Below, one piece after another: positions 1 through 7,152 of a stretch of 32,000 nucleotides of DNA. The first letter of the stretch is position 1, and every line of letters starts with the position of its first letter. The translations under genes and the position numbers were made by a program. Source of the DNA: an uncultured Chloroflexia bacterium (GTDB lineage Bacteria; Chloroflexota; Ktedonobacteria; Ktedonobacterales; JADMIN01). The DNA is taken from the NCBI GenBank assembly GCA_963718915.1, contig CAVRAI010000003.1, positions 540,001-572,000 on the forward strand, read 5' to 3'. The notes under the pieces are model-generated. The model worked only from the letters and a program-made list of their open reading frames with translations. It made no database searches and had not been told where the DNA came from.

Positions 1-604
1 CGGGATGGGCTGGAGCCTCAACGACCGCATCCGCCGCGAGGGCACGCGCAATCTGCTGGCGGCGTCGCGGGAAGAGGGCGTGCGTCGCTATGTGCAGCAA
101 AGTATCACGCTGCTCTACGGTGACGGCGGCGACCAGCTGGTGAGTGAGGATCATCCCCTGTCGCCCTATCCACGGATTGCCTCGGCGTTCGAGATGGAGG
201 AGGCGGTACGCGCGTCGTCGCTGGAATGGGTGATGCTGCGCGGCGGATCATTTTACGGGCGGGGGACTGGCCGTGAAGATGTCTGGCGTCGCGAGGCGGA
301 AGCGGGGACGCTCACTGTGCCAGGCGATGGATCGGCGCTGATCTCACTGATTCGGGTTGAGGATATGGCGCGGGCTGTCGTGCTGGCGGCGGAGGCTGCG
401 CCAGCGGGCGCTGTCTATAACGTGGTGGACGATGCGCCCGTGAGCTACCGGGAGCTGTATAACCATCTGGCCGCGCGGACGATGGCGTCTGAGCCGCCTG
501 CTGGTGGGCCGCCAGTCATCTCACTCGGCTGCTCCAACGCGGCTATCCGGCGCGCGCTCGGCTGGGAGCCAATGTGGCCATCCTACCGCTCTGGCCTGGC
601 GTGA
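1..604 (+). CDS. NAD(P)-dependent epimerase/dehydratase-family (extended SDR-like) protein, C-terminal part; 5' end lies outside the window
   Basis: The ORF is open to the window edge (frame of 5..604). It has SDR C-terminal-like segments (RYVQQS..LYG, IRVEDMARAVVLAAE, YNVVDDAPVSYREL). The assignment comes from remembered family patterns only. Confidence 0.55.
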   Translation, partial: GMGWSLNDRIRREGTRNLLAASREEGVRRYVQQSITLLYGDGGDQLVSEDHPLSPYPRIASAFEMEEAVRASSLEWVMLRGGSFYGRGTGREDVWRREAEAGTLTVPGDGSALISLIRVEDMARAVVLAAEAAPAGAVYNVVDDAPVSYRELYNHLAARTMASEPPAGGPPVISLGCSNAAIRRALGWEPMWPSYRSGLA

Positions 605-610
605 GCGAGG

Positions 611-1015
611 CTATTGGACAAGAGTGAAGCCATACTGCGCAAAATGCTGATCAAGGCTGAACGCTTCATGAATATGGAGTCTGCTCATGATTGCGAAACT
701 GGTTGCGTCCGTATAGGAATATTCCTTGTCCGCCAAGCGCCTGATGATATCGCGGGCCACTGTCTCATCAACTTCCCGGACTCGGATAATTTGGGACGCG
801 CCCGCAAAAATAGCGTCTAGAAACCGTGTTGCGGCGGTATGGCTCACGCGCGTTAGAAGGAGGGCGTGTGTCCCAGCGACGACGAAGTTGCTCGTCAGCA
901 ATGCCGCATGTGCATCCGCCAGTCTTGTCATGATGTGTTGCGTTGCGCCGTGCGATGCGTCTTTGGGGTTGATATAGGAAAAGTATGCGGATGTGTCAAC
1001 AAATATGCGGCTCAT
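611..1015 (-). CDS. vapC: PIN-domain ribonuclease toxin (VapC-like)
   Basis: 134 aa with PIN acidic motifs (IFVDTSA near the N-terminus, SYTDATSFAIM, FSLDQHF). It overlaps the upstream small antitoxin gene by 4 bp (1012-1015). Confidence 0.8.
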   Translation of the reverse strand: MSRIFVDTSAYFSYINPKDASHGATQHIMTRLADAHAALLTSNFVVAGTHALLLTRVSHTAATRFLDAIFAGASQIIRVREVDETVARDIIRRLADKEYSYTDATSFAIMSRLHIHEAFSLDQHFAQYGFTLVQ

Positions 1016-1293
1016 GCGCGGTGGGGATCTTCGTAGGCTAATGCAATCGCCTCATGTTTGTCGTTCGCGATATCTGTTTCATCCGCGCTGGCAAAAGCGC
1101 CACCAAGGGCAAACAGGGGATCTTGTCGGTCGAATCGCTTGCGACGACGAGAGCTATGCTTCGGCACAATACGGAAAATTCGGCCTTGATCCTCGATCAG
1201 GATTTCTGAACCTGTTGCCTGGAGTTCGTCAAGGATTTGGGATGCGTCCCTGACGAACTCGCTTAACGGTATGGAGTGTTTTTGATCGGTCAT
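1012..1293 (-). CDS. Type II antitoxin (Phd/YefM- or VapB-like)
   Basis: 93 aa directly upstream of the PIN gene and translationally coupled to it. The N-terminus (IPLSEFVRDASQILDEL....ILIEDQGR) is typical of Phd/YefM-type antitoxins. Confidence 0.6.
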   Translation of the reverse strand: MTDQKHSIPLSEFVRDASQILDELQATGSEILIEDQGRIFRIVPKHSSRRRKRFDRQDPLFALGGAFASADETDIANDKHEAIALAYEDPHRA

Positions 1294-1332
1294 CGCAGGT
1301 GTCCTCCTGTGTGACGATCATATCACACAATG

Positions 1333-1473
1333 CTAAATGCTCTTGGGCGAGTGGTGGTGCACCCACTCGGGCACATCGCCCGACTCGCGGCTATCTTTGC
1401 CCCACCGCATCGCAGCGAAGTCCACCAGCGCCAGGAATCCGGTTACGCCAAGTGTTACGAGAAGCGCTTCCAT
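1333..1473 (-). CDS. Small single-pass membrane protein (46 aa from ATG 1473; 52 aa if ATG 1491)
   Basis: Hand translation gives MEALLVTLGVTGFLALVDFAAMRWGKDSRESGDVPEWVHHHSPKSI*. This is below the ORF-track length cutoff. AAAGGG lies 9 nt upstream of ATG 1473. GC3 is about 74% (34/46 codons counted), similar to neighbouring real genes. One hydrophobic helix is followed by a charged tail. Confidence 0.4.
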   Translation of the reverse strand: MEALLVTLGVTGFLALVDFAAMRWGKDSRESGDVPEWVHHHSPKSI

Positions 1474-1504
1474 GGTAATAAACCCTTTCATCACATCTGT
1501 CACA

Positions 1505-1999
1505 TCAGTTGGTTGATGTTTGTTGTTGCTGTTGATAGGCGAGCAGTGTCTGCTCGATCTGATTCAGGTGAACGGCATCGTGGTCGGCCCAGTGTTCGAG
1601 CCAGCCTTCGGCGGTGAACTCGCCGTATTCCGGCTGGAAGCCCACTCGCTGCCAGTCGGCGGGTGAGAGCAATCGCGCGACGCCGAGGCTCGCGGTGCGC
1701 TGCGCCTGAAAGTCGGCCAGCAGTTCGTCGCGTGCGTCGCGGGCGATGTTGCGGCTGGCATACCAGCGTTTCTCGTCGTGCGGCGCAAGTTCCGGCCGAT
1801 CCTCTTTGACGATGCGCGCCAACCGCTGTCGCATGATGAACGCTTCGTCGTCTACCAGATGCGCCAGCGCGTCGCGAATGCTCCAGGCGTCAGGCGTTGA
1901 ATGGAAGTCCAGCGCGGCGTCATCCAGCTCGCCAGTCAGCCGACGGAGCGCAGGCTCGGTAGCTTCAAGGATGACCAGAGAGTCGTCACGTGTTGCCAT
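1505..1999 (-). CDS. DinB-family (DinB_2-like) four-helix-bundle metal-binding protein
   Basis: 164 aa. His-containing helices are typical of DinB (WSIRDALAHLVDDE, EHWADHDAVHLNQIE). A GAGAGG RBS lies 5 nt upstream of the ATG. Confidence 0.8.
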   Translation of the reverse strand: MATRDDSLVILEATEPALRRLTGELDDAALDFHSTPDAWSIRDALAHLVDDEAFIMRQRLARIVKEDRPELAPHDEKRWYASRNIARDARDELLADFQAQRTASLGVARLLSPADWQRVGFQPEYGEFTAEGWLEHWADHDAVHLNQIEQTLLAYQQQQQTSTN

Positions 2000-2347
2000 A
2001 GCAGCCTCTCATCGCTCACAATTCATCGCTCACAGCATAACGCTCTATCTCAATCAACCGCTCCTCTCATAGTATAGTTTCACCGAACAATATTTTTCAA
2101 GTGGTCACTTTACCGAAACAATCATTTGTGATATTTCGACACGACAGACAAATATTCGCTAACCAATCGTGATGCGTCTGGGTGAACCTGAGCGCGGTAG
2201 CAACCGGAGGAGCGCACGCTCCCCTATGTTGGTGGTTGCATCCTCCCGCTGAAATTCGTTGCGCTCTTGTGAGAGAATGCGATACGAGCGGTTTGTGGCG
2301 CTTATTGTAGCTGTCGTGGCTGTCGTGCGTGCGGTGAGGGAGAGATT

Positions 2348-4010
2348 GTGATGGCAGGTGAAGCGGCGGATGTCATTATCGTCGGCGCGGGGCTTGCCGG
2401 TCTGGTGGCGGCCGCGGAAATCGCCGACGCTGGCAGACGTGTCATCGTCGTCGAGCAGGAGCCGGAACAGAGTCTCGGCGGGCAGGCGTTCTGGTCGCTC
2501 GGCGGGCTGTTCCTCGTCGATTCACAGGAACAGCGCCGGATGGGCATCCGCGACTCGTACGAGCTGGCGCTCCAGGACTGGATGGGCACGGCAGCCTTCG
2601 ACCGCGAAGAAGACCTGTGGCCGCGCCGCTGGGCGGAGGCCTACGTCGCCTTTGCCGCTGGTGAGAAGCGCTCCTGGTTGCATGCCCAGGGGGTGCGGTT
2701 CTTTCCTGTGGTCGGTTGGGCCGAGCGCGGCGGCTATGGCGCCATCGGCCACGGCAACTCCGTGCCGCGCTTCCATCTGACGTGGGGCACGGGGCCAGGT
2801 GTGCTCGCGCCGTTTGTGCGCCGGGTACAACGCGCGCGCAAGAAGGGTCTGGTCACGCTCCTGTTCCGCCATCGCGTCAACGCATTGACGGTGAGCGGCG
2901 GGACGGTGGATGGCGTGCGGGGCGATATCCTCGAGCCGAGCGCTATCGAGCGTGGCAAGTCGAGTTCGCGGGTCATCGTGGGCGAGTTTACGCTGAAGGC
3001 GCAGGCTGTCATCGTCACATCGGGCGGCATCGGCGGCAATCAGGATCTCGTGCGCGCGAACTGGCCGCAACGGCTTGGCAGCCCTCCCGAACGCATGATT
3101 ACCGGCGTGCCCGCGCATGTAGATGGGCGGATGCTGGCGATTACCGAGGCGGCGGGCGGGCGGATTATCAACCGCGACCGCATGTGGCACTATGTCGAGG
3201 GCATCGAGAACTGGAATCCCATCTGGCCGCAACACGGCATTCGCATCTTGCCGGGGCCATCGTCGCTCTGGCTCGATGCGCGTGGCAATCGGCTGCCGGT
3301 GCCGCTCTTTCCCGGATTCGACACGCTGGGAACGCTCGAGCACATCATGCGGACTGGCTACGACTATACCTGGTTTATCCTGGATCAGCGGATCATCAAG
3401 CGCGAGTTTGCGCTCTCTGGCTCCGAGCAGAACCCCGACCTCACGAACAAGAGCATCCGGCAGACGCTCAGCCGCGTGGGGTCGGACGCGCCGAAGCCCG
3501 TCCGCGCGTTCATGAAGCATGGCGCGGATTTCATCGTCGAGCGCAAACTTGCACGATCTGGTGCGCCGCATGAATGAATTGACCGAGGAGCCGCTGATTG
3601 ACCCCGCCGCGCTGGAGCGCGAGATCGTCGCCCGCGACCGCGAGGTGGAGAATCCCTATTCCAAGGATATGCAGATTACCGCCATCCGTGGCGCGCGCCA
3701 GTATCGGGGTGACCGGTGGATTCGCGTGGCGAAGCCGCACCGCCTGCTCGACCCCGCCGCCGGGCCGCTGATCGCCGTCCGGCTGCACATCCTCACGCGC
3801 AAGACGCTCGGCGGCCTGGAGACCGACCTCTCGGCGCGCGTGCTCGGCGCCGACGGCCAGCCAGTGCCGGGGTTGTACGCGGCGGGCGAGGTCGCGGGCT
3901 TCGGCGGCGGCGGCGTGCATGGCTACCGCGCGCTCGAAGGCACCTTCCTGGGCGGATGCATCTTCTCCGGGCGCACGGCGGGTCGTGCGGCGGCCAAAGC
4001 GGTTATCTGA
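2348..4010 (+). pseudogene. FAD-binding dehydrogenase (COG3573-like flavoprotein), split by a +1 frameshift near 3545
   Basis: The N-terminal Rossmann motif VIIVGAGLAGLVAAAEIADAGRRVIVVEQE is in ORF 2348..3577. The C-terminal flavoprotein motif LYAAGEVAGFGGGGVHGYRALEGTFLGGCIFSGR is in ORF 3519..4010, which is frame +1. The two ORFs overlap and read as one protein if one base is removed around AAA 3545-3547 (..GADFIVER/NLHDLVRRMNEL..). Confidence 0.75.
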
Positions 4011-4014
4011 TCGT

Positions 4015-4562
4015 TCAGGCGACCTTGGCCCGATTCATCATCGACTTCAGCGCCTTGATCTCGCCCAGGTGACCGCACAGCCCATGAAGACGACCTTGAG
4101 GAGGTCATTTTGTTTCACTGGCGTCTCTTTGCCCCAGCCAGGTATCGGCTGCAGCAGCGCATCGAACGACGGCAGCGCGAGCAGATAAGCGCGTAAAGCT
4201 CCGCTGGCCTGATCCAGATAAGCGAGCGAGTCAGCTGCGCTGAGATGGGGAATCGCGGCGACCTCCTGCTGTGTATATCCCGTCAATGCGCCTAAACCGC
4301 GATAGCCGATGCCCTGCGGATCATAGCCGGTGCGCTCGGCCCATCCCTGTGTCAGCCAGAGTTCGTCCGCTGGTGGCTTTTCCTGGAAGACCCGCGCGAT
4401 GACATCGAGCCAGCGACTGACGTGCCAGACGGTGACGCCGATGCTGTTTCCCTCCGCGTCTGGCTGCCAGTCTAGATCCTCGGGTGAGAGTTTCCCTACC
4501 TCGCTGTGCATCCCCTCGGCCAGCGACGCGATGAGATCGGCGTAAAGCTCGGTACCCTGCAT
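4015..4562 (-). pseudogene. DinB-family protein with a 3'-proximal frameshift (1-nt deletion type) between about 4087 and 4104
   Basis: ATG 4562 is preceded by GGAGAGGG 7 nt upstream. The body matches DinB (NSIGVTVWHVSRWLDV). The annotated frame ends VVFMGCAVTWARSRR* at 4047. The adjacent frame instead reads LHGLCGHLGEIKALKSMMNRAKVA* and stops at 4015-4017, which is the canonical DinB C-terminal His helix. Confidence 0.6.
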
Positions 4563-4612
4563 GGTGTAGCCCTCTCCGGCGCATATGGAATCGCTCGTGC
4601 AATCACAGAGGG

Positions 4613-4642
4613 AGTATAGTGGCCACGCCACTTCATAATCAA
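4613..4642 (-). promoter_or_regulatory. Sigma-70-like promoter for the DinB gene (TTGATT-N18-TATACT)
   Basis: On the minus strand, TTGATT is at 4642-4637 and TATACT at 4618-4613, with an 18-nt spacer. It sits about 50 nt upstream of ATG 4562. It has the same architecture as the promoter at 10622. Confidence 0.5.
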
Positions 4643-4699
4643 TAGCCAGGAAGGCTGGCTGTACACATGTCAGGGACATCAGCGAAAGCGGTTATCTCA

Positions 4700-6931
4700 T
4701 CAGCCCCACTTGCCGCCAGTCTCGTTACGGGCGGCAAGGATAGACATCTCGAAGTGGCGCATCTCGATCACCGGCGGCTTGAGACGCATGATGCCTGCCT
4801 GCGCGCTTGACTGAGCGCCGCTCAGCGCCTCGGCGCCATTGGCGCGCATCCATTCGGAGACGGAGAGGTTGGCGGCGCGGCGACAGACGAATTCGATATC
4901 GGCGCCGCTCAGCCCGTCGGAGCGCTTGGCCAGCGTATCGAGCGAGACATTCTGCGCCAGCGGGCGGCGTTTCGTATAGATATCGTAGATGGTGCGGCGC
5001 GCCTGACGGTCGGGCAGCGGCAAATCCAGCAGCAGGTCGAAGCGGCCAGAGCGCAGCACTGCCGGATCAATCAGTTCGGGGCGGTTGGTAGCGCCGACGA
5101 CAATCACGCCGCGCCGTCCCTCGATGCCATCCAGTTCGGTCAGCAGCTGCCCGATGATCTTATCGCTGACCGCGTCGAAGGCGGTTCCGCGGCGGGGCGC
5201 CAGCGCATCCATCTCGTCCAGGAAGAGGACGCACGGGGCGACCTGACGCGCCCGCTGGAACGTCTCGCGCACGCCACGCTCAGATTCGCCGACCCACTTC
5301 GAGAGCAACTCTGGCCCTTTGACGGCGATGAAATTGGCCTGGCAGGCGGTCGCCAGCGCACGCGCCAGCAACGTCTTACCGGTGCCTGGAGGCCCGCTGA
5401 GCAGCACGCCACGCACAGGTTCGAGGTCCATCGAGGTGAAGACTTCGGGGAAGCGCAGCGGCCATTCAATCGTCTCGACCAGCGTGCGCTTGACGCCTTC
5501 GAGTCCGCCGACGCTCTCCCATGGCGTCTGAGTCACCTCGACGGCGACCTCACGCGCCGCCGACGGATCGATGTGCTTGAGGGCGTCGCGCATGTCGTCC
5601 ATCGTCACGGTCAGCGCGAGCAGTTCGTTGGTGGGGATGCTGCCACGGATCAGGTTGGCCTGGGGGAAGGTGCGGCGTAGCGCCGACATCGCCGATTCGC
5701 GGCAGAGCGCGGCGAGATCAGCGCCGACAAATCCCGGCGTGATGCGCGATAGCTCCTCCATATCGACGTCTTCGGCCAGCGGCATATCGCGGCTATGAAT
5801 GCGCAGAATCTCCAGCCGACCCTTGGTGTCGGGCGCGTGCAGGTTCACCTCGCGGTCGAAGCGTCCGGGCCGCCGCAAAGCGGGATCGAGCGCATCGGCG
5901 CGATTGGTGGCGCCGACGACGATCACCTGACCGCGCGCACGCATGCCGTCCATCAGCGTGAGCAACTGACCGACGACACGCTTCTCAACCTCGCCCCAGA
6001 CCTCGGAGCGTTTGGGCGCGATGGCGTCGATCTCGTCGAGGAAGATGACGCTGGGCGCGTTCTTCTGCGCGTCGGCGAAGACCCGGCGTAGCTGCGCCTC
6101 GCTCTCGCCATAGAATTTGTCGATGATCTCAGGCCCACTGACACTGAAGAAGTGCGCGCCGCTTTCCGAGGCGACCGCGCGGGCGATCAGCGTTTTGCCG
6201 GTGCCGGGCGGGCCGTAGAGCAATACGCCTTTGGGCGCCTCGATGCCGAGGCGGTCGAAGAGTTCGGGGTGGCGCAGTGGCAACTCGATCAACTCGCGCA
6301 CATGCTGCAATTCTTCGCCCAGGCCGCCGATATCCTCATAGGTAATGATGCTGCCGCGTGGCGTCGCGCCCGCACCCGGCGCCTGGATGCGCAGGCTGGC
6401 GCCCTGCCCTAGAATGACGGCGCTGGCGGGATTGGTGGAGAAGACCTGAAACTCGCGCACCGACAGTCCCATGCCCGGCACCCGCACGAGATCGCCCGCC
6501 ACCGTGACCACCCCGCGCAGGGTCTGTGCGACGTGGCGCAGCTCTTCCTCGGCGAGGGTCGCCGGGCCATTCACTGGCATCAGCGCGACACTGATGGCTG
6601 GCTGGGCGGCGACGGCATGAATGGTGACCAGATCGCCAAGCGCCGCGCCCGCGTTCTGGCGCACGATGCCATCCATCTGGATGATGGCGTCGCCGGGAAT
6701 CGTCGTCCCCGGCACAGTGGTATCGTTGGGGTGCGGCTCGTTAGGCCAGGCATGGATGCGCGCGACGGTGGAACGCTGGCCCTGAATGGCGATGACATCA
6801 TCGTCGTGGCAGCCCAGCGCCTCTAGCGCGGCAGGCGTAATAAAGGCCGAGCCGCGCGGGATGAGAATGCCCTCGGCAACAGTCATTTGCAGTGACGTGC
6901 TGGATCGCACGGGATGGTCTGTCGTGCTCAT
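4700..6931 (-). CDS. CDC48/VCP/VAT-like AAA+ ATPase (N-domain plus two AAA modules)
   Basis: 743 aa. Walker A GPPGTGKT occurs twice and Walker B (FLDEID, FLDEMD) twice. The second-region-of-homology motifs (GATNR.D.LDPALRRPGRFD; GATNRPELIDPAVLRSGRFD) are present. The N-terminal domain resembles the CDC48 double-psi barrel (IAIQGQRSTVARI). Confidence 0.9.
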   Translation of the reverse strand: MSTTDHPVRSSTSLQMTVAEGILIPRGSAFITPAALEALGCHDDDVIAIQGQRSTVARIHAWPNEPHPNDTTVPGTTIPGDAIIQMDGIVRQNAGAALGDLVTIHAVAAQPAISVALMPVNGPATLAEEELRHVAQTLRGVVTVAGDLVRVPGMGLSVREFQVFSTNPASAVILGQGASLRIQAPGAGATPRGSIITYEDIGGLGEELQHVRELIELPLRHPELFDRLGIEAPKGVLLYGPPGTGKTLIARAVASESGAHFFSVSGPEIIDKFYGESEAQLRRVFADAQKNAPSVIFLDEIDAIAPKRSEVWGEVEKRVVGQLLTLMDGMRARGQVIVVGATNRADALDPALRRPGRFDREVNLHAPDTKGRLEILRIHSRDMPLAEDVDMEELSRITPGFVGADLAALCRESAMSALRRTFPQANLIRGSIPTNELLALTVTMDDMRDALKHIDPSAAREVAVEVTQTPWESVGGLEGVKRTLVETIEWPLRFPEVFTSMDLEPVRGVLLSGPPGTGKTLLARALATACQANFIAVKGPELLSKWVGESERGVRETFQRARQVAPCVLFLDEMDALAPRRGTAFDAVSDKIIGQLLTELDGIEGRRGVIVVGATNRPELIDPAVLRSGRFDLLLDLPLPDRQARRTIYDIYTKRRPLAQNVSLDTLAKRSDGLSGADIEFVCRRAANLSVSEWMRANGAEALSGAQSSAQAGIMRLKPPVIEMRHFEMSILAARNETGGKWG

Positions 6932-7055
6932 AGTGCTCTTTTTACGCTCGCTCTCGCCTCAACGTTGCAGGTTTGGGCCAGGAATTACGACTACATAAGA
7001 TGCGTCTCATGCGACAACGCTAGCATACCAGACTCGTCCGACGTTCGCGTCGCTG

Positions 7056-7077
7056 CCCGTAACGCATCCCGTAACGC
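7056..7077. promoter_or_regulatory. Tandem direct repeat CCCGTAACGC-AT-CCCGTAACGC (candidate regulator binding site)
   Basis: Exact 10-mers lie at 7056-7065 and 7068-7077, a 12-bp register. They sit in the divergent intergenic region between the AAA+ gene and the membrane-protein gene. Confidence 0.3.
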
Positions 7078-7152
7078 TTGGGTACCGCTGAGAGAGTATC
7101 ATTGCAAATAGATGGCCAGCTTCCGCAGGTGTGTAGCACGAAGGAGATAAGC

